64,000 nucleotides of DNA from Patescibacteria group bacterium UBA4787 (GTDB lineage: Bacteria > Patescibacteriota > Patescibacteriia > UBA2591 > UBA4787), in assembly GCA_002402995.1 (NCBI GenBank), contig DHGX01000004.1:155670-219669 (forward strand), in the 5' to 3' direction. Shown here in pieces: positions 9,835 through 20,439 of this stretch. The notes under the pieces are model-generated. The model was not told the origin of the DNA and ran no database searches. It saw only the letters and a list, made by a program, of their open reading frames with translations. Positions within the stretch are counted from its first letter, which is position 1, and every line of letters starts with the position of its first letter. The position numbers and the translations under genes are program-made.

Positions 9835-10281
9835 TTAAACACCGAGGCCGGCTAAATTTTCAGCGATGTCAGTATTGTCGCGCTCGCTCTGAGACTTATA
9901 CTCTTCCCAATTATTTTCATCCCAGATCTCTAAGCGATTATATAAACCCGCGACTACAACTTTTTTGCTAATATTCGCATATTTTCTCAAATAATCAGGT
10001 AAAACAATTCTTCCTTGTTTATCAATGTCAACATCCATCGCTCCGGCAAGCATCAATCTGGCGAAGGCCCTGCTTTTAGCTTGGCTGATTGGAAGTTTAG
10101 AAAGAACGTTGGCTAAATTTTCCCATTCTTTCTTTGCGTATAAAGATAAGCAGTTATCAACGCCGCGCGTGACAACTGCTCCTATCGATAAAAGTATGCG
10201 AAATTTTGGTGGTACGGCCAATCTTCCTTTTTCATCTACATTGTAATGATATTCTCCGATAAACATATCAATATAATTCAA
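9835..10281 (-). CDS. mraZ: Transcriptional regulator MraZ
   Basis: MFIGEYHYNVDEKGRLAVP; duplicated MraZ fold; first gene of dcw cluster. Confidence 0.85.
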   Translation of the reverse strand: MNYIDMFIGEYHYNVDEKGRLAVPPKFRILLSIGAVVTRGVDNCLSLYAKKEWENLANVLSKLPISQAKSRAFARLMLAGAMDVDIDKQGRIVLPDYLRKYANISKKVVVAGLYNRLEIWDENNWEEYKSQSERDNTDIAENLAGLGV

Positions 10282-10308
10282 TTTAAAGTTATTAACAATT
10301 AGTCTAAC

Positions 10309-10392
10309 TTATCCCCACTTTTATCCACATATAACCACAATGATATAATACTACACCATTTTTTACCACTAATCAATAGCATTGTGGATAAC
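10309..10392. promoter_or_regulatory. Cluster of three DnaA-box-like 9-mers upstream of mraZ
   Basis: TTATCCCCA (10309-10317), TTATCCACA (10321-10329), TGTGGATAA (10384-10392). Confidence 0.45.
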
Positions 10393-10459
10393 TTGTGATA
10401 AACTAAAAATGCCGCCAATCAGCGACATTTTATGAGTTATTTGCCCCTCTATTGCCTAT

Positions 10460-11542
10460 TTAATCGATTACTTCTTTTTTAACAATTCTCGCAATGGCTA
10501 ATTCTTCGTTGGTTTTGATCGCGAGAATCTTCGACTTATTAAGAATTTTTAGATTTTTAATAGCTCGTTGGCGCGTAATGGCATCTCCTGCTCCAATTGC
10601 GCCGGTAAAAATTATAGCGTCTATTTTTCCTAAAATTGCCGAATAAGCGCCAATATATTTTTTAATTCGATTAATAAATATTTCAAAAGCTAGTTTTGCT
10701 CTTTTATCTCCCCTTCTTAACCCTTTTAATAAAGACAAATAATTTTTTCGTCCGGACAAACCTAATATCCCTGAATGATGATTCAAGATACTATTTATTT
10801 CTTCAATGCTTAATTTCAAAGAATCATGTAAATAAAAAATTATACCCGGATCTAAATCGCCGGAGCGCGTTTGCATTACCAATCCTTCTAGCGGCGTAAA
10901 CCCCATCGAAGTTTCTATGGCCTTTCCTTTTTGAATTGCCGTTATTGAGCATCCGCCGCCCAAATGACAAGTGATCAAATTTATTTTTGTTATATTTTTC
11001 TTTAATAAGAGGGCTGCTTCTTCGGCCACATACTCATGAGAAATCCCATGAAAACCAAATCTTTGCACGCCCTGTTCATAAAAATATAGAGGCAAGGGAT
11101 AAATCTTGCTTACTAAGGGTAGGTTGCTAAAAAAAGACGTATCAAAAATAGCCAAATGTAAAACATTCGGCAGAAAAAGCATCGTTAGACGAGCAACAGC
11201 TAAGCTATATGGATTATGAAGTGGCGCTAATTTATTATAAGCCTCAATTTTTTTTAAAACATCCTCGTTAAGCCTGGTTGGTTTAGTAAATTCTCGTCCG
11301 CCGTGAACAAAACGATAACCAACTGCCGCGATAAAATTAAGATTGTTAAATTGCAAAAATATCTTACGCAAAGCTTCGTGATGATTTCTTATTTTTTCAC
11401 CGTGACCTATATTGTTAATTGAACTGTCCAACAAGCAATTGAGATCCTGGAAATCAAATAATTTATACTTTAACGAAGTACTGCCTGCGTTCAAAACTAA
11501 TATAACTTTTTTATTTTGAAAATTATTATCTTTTTTGGCCAT
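10460..11542 (-). CDS. ackA: Acetate/propionate kinase family
   Basis: LVLNAGSTSLKYKLF signature. Start moved to MAKKD (ATG at 11542); the upstream ORF-track extension begins at a TTG and overlaps the neighbouring gene. Confidence 0.7.
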   Translation of the reverse strand: MAKKDNNFQNKKVILVLNAGSTSLKYKLFDFQDLNCLLDSSINNIGHGEKIRNHHEALRKIFLQFNNLNFIAAVGYRFVHGGREFTKPTRLNEDVLKKIEAYNKLAPLHNPYSLAVARLTMLFLPNVLHLAIFDTSFFSNLPLVSKIYPLPLYFYEQGVQRFGFHGISHEYVAEEAALLLKKNITKINLITCHLGGGCSITAIQKGKAIETSMGFTPLEGLVMQTRSGDLDPGIIFYLHDSLKLSIEEINSILNHHSGILGLSGRKNYLSLLKGLRRGDKRAKLAFEIFINRIKKYIGAYSAILGKIDAIIFTGAIGAGDAITRQRAIKNLKILNKSKILAIKTNEELAIARIVKKEVID

Positions 11543-11571
11543 TTCGATCAAATTTTTAATGAAAAATCTAT

Positions 11572-12711
11572 TTAGAAATAAACGAGTTGATAGATAATAC
11601 CTAAAACGAAAACAACACAAATGAAATAAGCGATAAATTTAGGCAAAGCAAAATTATATTCAGGGCTGCGATCTCCTAATTTTTTAGCTCGGTAAAAAGC
11701 CATAATAATTAAAATACCTTCTGTCCCGGCAATAATACCACCGGCGAAACCAATAACTTTAATAAAACTATTTAACCCCAAAAGGAATAAGATCATTGGC
11801 ACTGAAACAGCCAATAAACTAGCCCAAGTAAGGGGAATTTTATGGTCGCGATTAAAAAATTGACGCAGAGCGTAGCCTAGAGATACAAACGAAGTTAAAA
11901 CACTTAAAAGGCCAAAAAGAGCTCCAGTTAAAATAATCTTCGGTCCCATTATTTTTATCAAGCCACTAATTGCATCTTCGCTGGTATGTGAACCGCTCAC
12001 CCCAACCACCGAAAAAGTAAAAATCGCATAAACCAATATAGGAATAACCAAGCCGCCTATCACTAGAGCCGAGCGCATTAAATTCGCGTCATTGCCTAGA
12101 ATCTTGCGCATAGTGGGCACGGCGGTCAAACCACCCAAAGCAAATAGAACTACTCCATAAGGATAAAAAATATTAGTCGCATTAAAATCTTGATAATTTT
12201 CCGGATTAATATATTTAAGGCTAAAAATAAAAACCAACAGAGTCATCAAAATTAAAAGCGTGGTCATGCCTAGTTCGGCCTTAGCCATAACTTTTGAACC
12301 TCTCATAATTAAATAACTGCCGATGATCCAAAAAATTATAGCATAAATCAAGTCGCTACCGCCAAAGATAGGCGCAAAAACAATGGGCGCGAATTTACTA
12401 AAAGCGATAATATAAGCTATCAAAGCGCTATAAAGACCCAAAAGTAGAGAAATACCCATAATCCACCAAGCCTTTTGTCCTAAATATTTTTTAATATAAC
12501 CACTCACACCCAGTGGACCATTGGTTCGTAAAACGATTTCTCCGAAACAAAAATTAGTAACCAACACAATGAGTCCTAAGAAAATCAAATAAACAATACC
12601 TCCAATATAACCAATTTGGGCAAAAGCATACGGTAAACCAAAAATACCTGCACCGACTACGGTTCCTAAGAGTACAGCGATTGTTTCAAAAAAAGTTACA
12701 TATTTCTTCAT
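11572..12711 (-). CDS. Polytopic membrane transporter (amino-acid permease-like)
   Basis: ~11 TM helices. Probable start MKKYVTFF at 12711; the TTG at 12732 lies inside repeat A3. Confidence 0.45.
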   Translation of the reverse strand: MKKYVTFFETIAVLLGTVVGAGIFGLPYAFAQIGYIGGIVYLIFLGLIVLVTNFCFGEIVLRTNGPLGVSGYIKKYLGQKAWWIMGISLLLGLYSALIAYIIAFSKFAPIVFAPIFGGSDLIYAIIFWIIGSYLIMRGSKVMAKAELGMTTLLILMTLLVFIFSLKYINPENYQDFNATNIFYPYGVVLFALGGLTAVPTMRKILGNDANLMRSALVIGGLVIPILVYAIFTFSVVGVSGSHTSEDAISGLIKIMGPKIILTGALFGLLSVLTSFVSLGYALRQFFNRDHKIPLTWASLLAVSVPMILFLLGLNSFIKVIGFAGGIIAGTEGILIIMAFYRAKKLGDRSPEYNFALPKFIAYFICVVFVLGIIYQLVYF

Positions 12712-12722
12712 AAATCGAGTTT

Positions 12723-12780
12723 TTATTATCAAGCGAGCGAGCGAAATGAAAATTTCTTTTTCATTTCCGAACGAGCACAG
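12723..12780 (+). repeat. Repeat family A, partial copy 3, at the permease 5' end
   Basis: TTATTATCAAGCGAGCGAGCGAAATGAAAA... Confidence 0.5.
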
Positions 12781-12802
12781 ATATCAAAAAGTTTAATACC
12801 TT

Positions 12803-13750
12803 TTATTTTAATAATTTAGTTTGTTCAACGTGTCCGTATAATTTGGTGTATTCATTGTTAACTTTATCTAAAGCGTTCTTGGCGTTGGCAATGTGGCCGG
12901 TCGCTACGCCCAAAATTTCTCCTAATTTCTGTGTATCGTGTTCGACGGCCTGCAGAATTCTAATAATTTTTTTGGCCTCTTCCTGGAGCTGCTGACCCTT
13001 CATGCCAACCATAATAATTTTAATAAAATAATAAAAAGTATTTGGCGAAACAAAATAGACCTTTTTCTGCTTCGCGTAATTATCAAGATCAAAATCAGAT
13101 TTACTGACTAGCTCGTAATAAATCACTTCTGAGGGGATGTACATAACCGCGAAATCAACCGTTCCCTCCTCTGGTAAAATATATTTATTACTAATCTCGT
13201 CTATTTTGGTTTTTACCGCCTTAATGCATTCTTTAAAAATTTTCGTTTGTTCTTCCTCGTCTTTCGAAGACAAATAGCGCTGAAAACTTTCTAACGGAAA
13301 TTTAGCATCAATAGGAATAATGCCGTCATTGGTTTTTAAAATAGCATCGACGATTTGTCCGCTTCTAAATTTATATTGCATAACAAAATGATCTTTAGAA
13401 AAAAACTGCTCTAGAAGATCCTGTAAAACCTGTTCGCCGATATTGCCTCGCAATTTGGGAGATTTCAAAAAATCTTGGAAGCTTTGAATTTGATGTCCGA
13501 TCTCTTTAACGCCGCCCAATTCATGCGTAACCTCGCTAATAACTTGCGCTGCCTTATCTAAACGTTCGTTGATAGCCTTGGTAGTATCATCTAAACGGCC
13601 CTGCATTCCTTGGATGTTCTGATTTAATAGAATCAACGATTGATCTGATTTTTGTCTTTCTTCTGATTGCTTTATCCGTTGGTTGATTAAATAGAATAAA
13701 ATTAAAAAACCAGCCAAAATAACGCCGCTTAAAATAATTGTAGACAACAT
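12803..13750 (-). CDS. rmuC: DNA recombination protein RmuC
   Basis: N-terminal TM plus coiled coil, C-terminal RmuC-like domain. Confidence 0.55.
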   Translation of the reverse strand: MLSTIILSGVILAGFLILFYLINQRIKQSEERQKSDQSLILLNQNIQGMQGRLDDTTKAINERLDKAAQVISEVTHELGGVKEIGHQIQSFQDFLKSPKLRGNIGEQVLQDLLEQFFSKDHFVMQYKFRSGQIVDAILKTNDGIIPIDAKFPLESFQRYLSSKDEEEQTKIFKECIKAVKTKIDEISNKYILPEEGTVDFAVMYIPSEVIYYELVSKSDFDLDNYAKQKKVYFVSPNTFYYFIKIIMVGMKGQQLQEEAKKIIRILQAVEHDTQKLGEILGVATGHIANAKNALDKVNNEYTKLYGHVEQTKLLK

Positions 13751-13838
13751 AATAAATCTTTTTTAGATATAAATTTAACTAAATTAATATTTACTTCAAC
13801 TATAGAACGATATAAACAATTGGCAGGTAGGCGCGATT

Positions 13839-14783
13839 TTATCCGCGAATGAATATATACACAATGTAGCTGATATAAAGAACGATAAGACAAATTCCGT
13901 GCCACCTCTTTAATGTATATTTTTTTCCCACGAACAACAAGCCACACAATACGATCGCCGAAAGAAAGGCAACCACAATATCAAAGAAAAAATATGGATT
14001 AAATATGATGGGTTTTATTATTGCCCCAAAACCTAATATCATAAGAAAATCAAAAATATTTGAACCGATGATATTTCCAATAGCGATGCCCGCCTGTTTT
14101 CGATAAGCGGCAACAAACGAGACAATAAATTCCGGTAACGACGTGCCGATGCCAACTATAGTAAGCCCAATAACGCCTTGGGTCATCCCAAATTCTTGTG
14201 CCATAGCCATTGCTCCATCTACAACCCACTTTCCGCCGAGGATAACGCCTAAAAGTCCCAGAAGTATAAATCCGAAAGACACAAAGAGCGTTGTTTCCTT
14301 TATTTCTATTGTTCGTTCTTCTCCGCTCAAATCATTAGATTTTTTGATAACCACACAAAGCCAACATGCGAAAAGAACAAGAAGAAAAACCCCTTCTAAC
14401 ATAGAAATCAACCCCGGGCCCAACCAAAGCGCGAATGCCATGACCGCGCCCACGGCGAAGATATTCCACACCAAGTCTCGCTCCACCCACTCCTTTTTCA
14501 TGGAAAGCGGAAAAAAAAGCGCCGTAACCCCAAGGATAAAAAGCATATTGAAGGTGTTTGATCCGATAATAACTCCGAGACCGACTTCGCCATCAATAAA
14601 GTGCGCAATCAAAAATGTGGCAAATTCCGGAATAGAAGTGCCGATCCCCACAATCACCAACCCTATCAGAAACGAAGAAACATGAAATCTGCGCGCAACA
14701 GAAGACGCCCCTTTTACTAAAAGATTTGCTCCCTTAATGAGAATATAGAAACCAACAACAAATAAAATAGAGGTGATGACCAT
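13839..14783 (-). CDS. Ca2+/Na+ antiporter (CaCA/YrbG family)
   Basis: Two alpha-repeat halves with GTSIPE / GNIIGSNIF motifs. Confidence 0.8.
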   Translation of the reverse strand: MVITSILFVVGFYILIKGANLLVKGASSVARRFHVSSFLIGLVIVGIGTSIPEFATFLIAHFIDGEVGLGVIIGSNTFNMLFILGVTALFFPLSMKKEWVERDLVWNIFAVGAVMAFALWLGPGLISMLEGVFLLVLFACWLCVVIKKSNDLSGEERTIEIKETTLFVSFGFILLGLLGVILGGKWVVDGAMAMAQEFGMTQGVIGLTIVGIGTSLPEFIVSFVAAYRKQAGIAIGNIIGSNIFDFLMILGFGAIIKPIIFNPYFFFDIVVAFLSAIVLCGLLFVGKKYTLKRWHGICLIVLYISYIVYIFIRG

Positions 14784-15046
14784 ATAAATTCATTCTACGC
14801 TATTATAGCTTTAACGACAATATCATTAAAGTTGGCACGGGGCCGTGATATTATAACATTATTTTTCTTTCGAGGTTAAAAGAGAGATTAAGCCAATAAA
14901 CAAAATCAAAAAGAAAAAAGATCGTAAATCTAGCCACAAACTAACAAATAACGGGTGAACATCTTCCAGTACACAAGAAATTAGCCAAACCAAACCACTA
15001 ACAATAAACAAATCGCGGGATAGAATATGAATAAATTTCAAAACTT

Positions 15047-15901
15047 TTATAGCCATAGTTTTTCGATTTTCTTTAACAAATAACCCTTGATTAAAGGCCA
15101 GACCTCCTCTGGTTTAGTTCTGTCGCGCTCTAAAACAATTTCCAAATTATAAATTTTTACCTCGCTCTGGCCAGAATTAAAATCCGGAGCGGAAATCATA
15201 AATTCAATTGAGTGATTATTAATTGATTCCGGCGTAAGATCAAATTTAATCGTCGCCACCTTCAAATCTCCTTCTATAGCCGGCGGTCGGTAATCACTAA
15301 TAATATAATCAATATAATTAAGGGGTGTTTTAGGATTCCAAGGAATGGGCTTCAACGGATTAGAAGACGACTGAACTAGAAAATCATAATAATAAGTGGC
15401 ATTTTTTTTGTTAACAGGCGGATTGGCTAAAAATTCTTTTATGCTATGATAAAATGGTTGTTTCTGCCACAGAGAAGTGTCTCCCTCTGAAATTCTTGTC
15501 CAATTCAAATAATCAAAAATCTTGTTCTCGATGGGATAAAGCGCAAAATTCCAATCGGTTGAAATTGTTTTATTCATCATAACACCGAGCTGCAAAAGAT
15601 TCTGCCCCTGGTTTTTATAATAAACATTGATTTCTCCTGACTTAAAAGTTCTCGGAATTCCAACCTTAAAATAAGCCGGCTCGCTGAGCAAACGATTAAA
15701 ACATCTGCCACGATCATCAATTTCTGTGCCACCCGCCCTAGAAACCGGATAAAAGTCAGATATAAAATTATCGCTGGAGCAAAAATCTTTGACCAGATAA
15801 TACCTTCCGCTCATCACTAAATTCTGGTAACCCAAAAAAACAAAATAGCTTAAAGAAGCTAGAACAAGTATCGTCACGTAAATTTTTTCGAAAATCTTCA
15901 T
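15047..15901 (-). CDS. Hypothetical N-terminally anchored protein
   Basis: ORF with single N-terminal TM; no recognisable motif. Confidence 0.3.
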   Translation of the reverse strand: MKIFEKIYVTILVLASLSYFVFLGYQNLVMSGRYYLVKDFCSSDNFISDFYPVSRAGGTEIDDRGRCFNRLLSEPAYFKVGIPRTFKSGEINVYYKNQGQNLLQLGVMMNKTISTDWNFALYPIENKIFDYLNWTRISEGDTSLWQKQPFYHSIKEFLANPPVNKKNATYYYDFLVQSSSNPLKPIPWNPKTPLNYIDYIISDYRPPAIEGDLKVATIKFDLTPESINNHSIEFMISAPDFNSGQSEVKIYNLEIVLERDRTKPEEVWPLIKGYLLKKIEKLWL

Positions 15902-15908
15902 AAATATT

Positions 15909-16901
15909 ATGGCTCCATCAAAAGTCGCTATTATTATACTAAATTGGAATGGCTCTGACTATACGCTTGATTGTTTGTTGTCGCTTAAAAAATTAACCTT
16001 TTTAAATTATAAAATATTCCTAACAGACAATGGTTCCAGCCCCAACGACCTTTTAAAGATAAAAGATTTCGTCGGTCGTGAATTTAATGAGCATCAATTA
16101 AAATTAATAGATAATAAAAAAAATTATGGTTTTGCCGAAGGAAACAATATCGCCATCAGACAAGCTCTAGCAGAACCGGGCGTTCAGTATGTTCTTTTAT
16201 TAAACAACGACACGATTGTTTCGCCAGAATTAATCGAAAGAGGTCTGGCCGCTATAACGGGCGCGAAACAAATGGTGGCCTTCAGAATAATGTCGATGGA
16301 TGATCCTAAACAAGTTGATTCTTGCGGTCTCGAGCTGACTCGCGGCGGACTTTCATATAATAGAAGAGATTTTAATTCGCTTACGTTTTGTCCTGCTGGC
16401 GCGGCGGCTTTATACTCGCGATCATTACTAGAAAATATAAAAATTAATAATGATTATCTGGATTCCCGATATTTTGTTTACGCAGAAGACTTGGATCTGG
16501 GATTTCGCGCGCGACTCAAGGGATTTGATTGTGGCTGTGTCAACGAACCCTTAATTTATCATAAAGGGTCTGCCACTACATCAATTATGAGCCGAACAGC
16601 CACTTTCTATACTTATCGCAACATTCTGTGGACGCTTTACAAAAATTTTCCGAACTGGCTGTGGGTAAAATATTTTATCCATATTGTCGTCGGTCAGTTA
16701 GCAGTTATTATGATAAATATCTGGCGGAAGCAAGGTAAATTAATTATAAAATCTTATTGGACGGCCATCACTGGAATGAAAAAAATGAAAAATGATAGAA
16801 ATAAAATCCAGAAAGAAAAATCAATTACAGCCAAAGAAATTTCTAATATTATTTCGCCCTATATTTTTAATCGTTACTATTTAAAGAACTTATTTAGATG
16901 A
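15909..16901 (+). CDS. Glycosyltransferase family 2
   Basis: ILNWNGS, DNGSS, YAEDLDLGFR motifs. Confidence 0.8.
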   Translation: MAPSKVAIIILNWNGSDYTLDCLLSLKKLTFLNYKIFLTDNGSSPNDLLKIKDFVGREFNEHQLKLIDNKKNYGFAEGNNIAIRQALAEPGVQYVLLLNNDTIVSPELIERGLAAITGAKQMVAFRIMSMDDPKQVDSCGLELTRGGLSYNRRDFNSLTFCPAGAAALYSRSLLENIKINNDYLDSRYFVYAEDLDLGFRARLKGFDCGCVNEPLIYHKGSATTSIMSRTATFYTYRNILWTLYKNFPNWLWVKYFIHIVVGQLAVIMINIWRKQGKLIIKSYWTAITGMKKMKNDRNKIQKEKSITAKEISNIISPYIFNRYYLKNLFR

Positions 16902-16923
16902 TTCTTTGTTATAGCCCTGTATA

Positions 16924-19179
16924 TTAATGGGTATAATGCCAAAGCAAAACCGCGTTGATTCGTTCCGGTTCCCCCAATAACTCGTACAACCTTTTTAAAA
17001 TATCCTGTCGATAACGCACGTCTATCCAACGCTCTTCGGTCATAAAATAACAATCTTTGGCATTGGTGAGTTCCATGGCCTTTTTTAAATATTTAATTGA
17101 AGGCGCCTTATTCATATTGTTAAAAATCTGGACTCGTTCCGGTTGACTATATTCAAAATAAACAGGAAATCCTCCGGCTACGATATATTTAGACGAGGCG
17201 GCTTCTATGGCTAAAAGCGGCCAAGTATTGGCGATTACGCAATAATTACCGTTTGGCGAGGCATGCGGTTTGATTTTTTGCCACAAGTAATCGGCCGCTT
17301 CTAATTCTCCTTTGGAAACCATCTGCATTTTTGGCCCGGAAGCATAAACAGTGGTAGTGGTAAAAGAAAAAATCAGAAATAAACACGCCGCTAAAAATTT
17401 CTTGGAAAAAAATTGATTTTTCTTTTCAACCAACAACTGGTTGACTCCGCCGACGATAAGAAATAAAAACAAATAACTGATTATTAATATTAAACGTTTA
17501 GTAAAAATATGGTTGCCATTCATAAAATGTGATCCGATAAATTGTCCTAAAAGCAACGCTGGCAAAAAGATCGACGCCAAAATTAAAAATTTATTTTTGA
17601 ATTTTATAGCATAAATAAAACCAAAAAGGGCAATTAATAAAATAGCGGGCGTCAAAAGATATGGCCAACGCGTAATTTTAAAAAGAATACTCCGGCTCAA
17701 TGTTTCATTATTTTGCATAAAAAGCCAATTATCCTGTTCCATGTTGGCGACACGCGGGAAAATCGACGAAGAAATAATTAAATTTTTCCCAAAATTAACC
17801 AACTGACTTCTTAAATTGGCTAAACTATAAATGGGTTTATCAAAAATAAAATGAGAATAATTATTTACGGTGTCTAAGAATGGAAAAAGAAATATCAAAT
17901 TTAGAAACAAACAAAACAAAACAAAAACTATTATCCATTTTTCCTTCTTATGAATGGAGTGTGAATAAATTTTAAACAGGATCGCGAAAACCAATAAAAT
18001 GACAAACAGAACAAGATATAAAATATAATTCAAATATAAAACAGGAAAGCATAAAATTAACGCGACAATTAAGCCAATTGATTTACGCGGTCCGCCCAAA
18101 TAGAACAGAACCAAAAAGAAAGCGAGTAAAAACACCATAAAACCAAAGGCATTGGGCACGGTAATGGCCCCATAAACTTGAAACGGAAAAAACATTAATG
18201 ACAATAAGGCGGCTAAACAAGAAATTCTTTGTTTCTTGAAAATCAGCGCACTTATAAGGAAAGTCAAAATCGGCACAAAAATCGACCACATTAAAAACCC
18301 TAAAAAATAATCAACCCAAAAAACATCAACGCTGGTTAACCAAGACGCGGTCGCGGTCAAACCCCACATATTGGCATAAGAATTTTTATTGCCCACCAAA
18401 AAAACCTTGGGCAATTTAATGCCTAAAAAATTTACGGTTTCCGTCGGCTCTCCCCACAAACTAGGCGAGTAAATATTCCCTTCCATTAACCATTTCTCTG
18501 CTCCGATGTGGCGCCAACGATCGCCGCCAAAACCCACGGGATAAACTATTAATAAATAAGAATGGACAACCAGGGAAACTAAAATAATTATAAATAATGT
18601 CGTTTTGATCCTGGCTCGAGAAAAAATCAGAATGAGGCTCAAAAAAATCAAAAAACCGATAAAATAAAAAACTAATGGCGAAACTCTAGTCCAAGGAGAC
18701 AGCAAATAAGAATCCGAACGGCCGCGAAAAAACAAAAAAATAGTTAAACAGGAAAAAATAATAATAGAAAGAATTAACCAAAAAGTTTTAATTTTAAAAA
18801 ATGGCTCTTCTTTGGCGTCTTCTGGGGCTTCAAGAATCTTTTTTTGATTAGACAAGGCTAGTCCTATTATTAAAATAAATATTAAACCATAAATAATCCA
18901 GTTAAAATTAAGCTTGTATAAAAATATAGGCAGGGCCGTTAAAAAAGAAATCAGAACCAATACAACAAAAATACCGACTAATATTCTTATTTTCTTATTC
19001 ACAACTGAAATTTGAGAAAAAATTATACCCCACTCGCGTCCAGTTAAAAAAAGATAAAATAAAAACAGAGCTACGCCGATAATTTGATAATGATAAAATC
19101 TAGCGTTAATAAATAAAGCGAAAATTACCAACAAAGAAACCAGCAAGGTTATAAGCTTTTTTTTAAATTCGCTTTTCAT
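16924..19179 (-). CDS. Large polytopic membrane protein, putative GT-C-type glycosyltransferase
   Basis: 751 aa, >15 TM helices, periplasmic-facing C-terminal domain. Confidence 0.35.
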   Translation of the reverse strand: MKSEFKKKLITLLVSLLVIFALFINARFYHYQIIGVALFLFYLFLTGREWGIIFSQISVVNKKIRILVGIFVVLVLISFLTALPIFLYKLNFNWIIYGLIFILIIGLALSNQKKILEAPEDAKEEPFFKIKTFWLILSIIIFSCLTIFLFFRGRSDSYLLSPWTRVSPLVFYFIGFLIFLSLILIFSRARIKTTLFIIILVSLVVHSYLLIVYPVGFGGDRWRHIGAEKWLMEGNIYSPSLWGEPTETVNFLGIKLPKVFLVGNKNSYANMWGLTATASWLTSVDVFWVDYFLGFLMWSIFVPILTFLISALIFKKQRISCLAALLSLMFFPFQVYGAITVPNAFGFMVFLLAFFLVLFYLGGPRKSIGLIVALILCFPVLYLNYILYLVLFVILLVFAILFKIYSHSIHKKEKWIIVFVLFCLFLNLIFLFPFLDTVNNYSHFIFDKPIYSLANLRSQLVNFGKNLIISSSIFPRVANMEQDNWLFMQNNETLSRSILFKITRWPYLLTPAILLIALFGFIYAIKFKNKFLILASIFLPALLLGQFIGSHFMNGNHIFTKRLILIISYLFLFLIVGGVNQLLVEKKNQFFSKKFLAACLFLIFSFTTTTVYASGPKMQMVSKGELEAADYLWQKIKPHASPNGNYCVIANTWPLLAIEAASSKYIVAGGFPVYFEYSQPERVQIFNNMNKAPSIKYLKKAMELTNAKDCYFMTEERWIDVRYRQDILKRLYELLGEPERINAVLLWHYTH

Positions 19180-20323
19180 CGATTATTTCTTGATAAACTT
19201 CGCTTAAAGATTGATTGGTTAAGTTAATATTAAATATTTTCTGGGCTATTCCTCTCCCCTGTTGTCCCAATTTCTCACAGAGTTGGAAGTTAGAATACAG
19301 CTTCATAATTTTATCCTTGAGGTCGATGATATCGTTTGGTTCAACCAATAAGCCGTTGATATCCTTATAAACCAAACTGCGGGGGCCCGGCAGATTAGAA
19401 ACTATAATCGCTTTGCCACAAGCCATTGCTTCAATCAAAACAATACCGAAGGCTTCGGAATTATCAACCGAAGGAAGAATAACCGCGTTGGCAAGATTAT
19501 AAAAATCTACCAACGTCTCGTCGGAACAACCCCCGGCAAAGATAACTCGATTATTCAGTCCGAGACGAAGAACCAAGTTTTGATAATCTTCTCTAAGATT
19601 TCCGTCACCAACGACAATTAACTTCAAATTATCAGCCTTGATTATCGCCATTGCTTTAATTAAATTATGTAGACCCTTAAAATAATGGGCTTGATCTAAA
19701 CCGCCCACGAACAAAACGATAAAGTCTTTTTGACTAATCTGATATTTTAAAATTAAATCTTGATTTTTATTTCTGGGTTTAAAAAAATCGACATCAACGC
19801 CGAAAGGTATAAATTTTATTTTATTTTTTTCTTTTTTGATATATTTCGCTAATAACGAAAAATTGGCATAATCTTCCGAAGAAAAAATAATTCGAGAAGC
19901 TTTTTTGACTGCCGTTGAAAGAAAAAATTGATTATATAGTTTAAAAAATATTTTTTTAAATCCCCTTCCCACTAAATCCATGTGATATTGCACAACAATA
20001 GGCGGCTCAATCAAATACTTCATCAATAAAATTCTTTCCCCCGTGCCAATAAATGGCCAGTGCAAATGAATAACGTCAAAATTGTTTAATTCTTTAATAA
20101 CATTTTTGGGTAAAATAGCCGCATTGCCAAATTTCCAAAAAATCGAAATACGCCGAATATCAATATCACCTTCAAGATTGATGTTTTGCTTTTTAAAATA
20201 AAGCGGCGTAAAAACAGTAACCTTATGACCCAATTTAGCTAATCCCCTTGCTTGGGCGTAAGCGGCTCCGCCGATACCGCCGCGATAAGGCGGAAAAGTA
20301 CAAACTATATGCGCGATTTTCAT
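19163..20323 (-). CDS. Glycosyltransferase family 4 (GT-B)
   Basis: EAFGIVLIEAMACGKAIIVSN motif. Start placed at MKIAHIV (ATG at 20323). Confidence 0.75.
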   Translation of the reverse strand: MKIAHIVCTFPPYRGGIGGAAYAQARGLAKLGHKVTVFTPLYFKKQNINLEGDIDIRRISIFWKFGNAAILPKNVIKELNNFDVIHLHWPFIGTGERILLMKYLIEPPIVVQYHMDLVGRGFKKIFFKLYNQFFLSTAVKKASRIIFSSEDYANFSLLAKYIKKEKNKIKFIPFGVDVDFFKPRNKNQDLILKYQISQKDFIVLFVGGLDQAHYFKGLHNLIKAMAIIKADNLKLIVVGDGNLREDYQNLVLRLGLNNRVIFAGGCSDETLVDFYNLANAVILPSVDNSEAFGIVLIEAMACGKAIIVSNLPGPRSLVYKDINGLLVEPNDIIDLKDKIMKLYSNFQLCEKLGQQGRGIAQKIFNINLTNQSLSEVYQEIIDEKRI

Positions 20324-20439
20324 ACGCTTTAAATTGGTGGCATATTTTAAATTTATTAGTATAATATAATTGTACTCCAAATACCGATATAATCAATAAC
20401 CTAAATACAAATATAAAATAATTTAGTAAATATATTGTT

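Noticed and set aside
11543-11620. Upstream extension of the acetate kinase ORF (TTG start, MCCFRFRYY...)
   Set aside because: The extension overlaps the preceding permease gene and begins at a non-ATG codon. The conserved kinase N-terminus begins at MAKKD.
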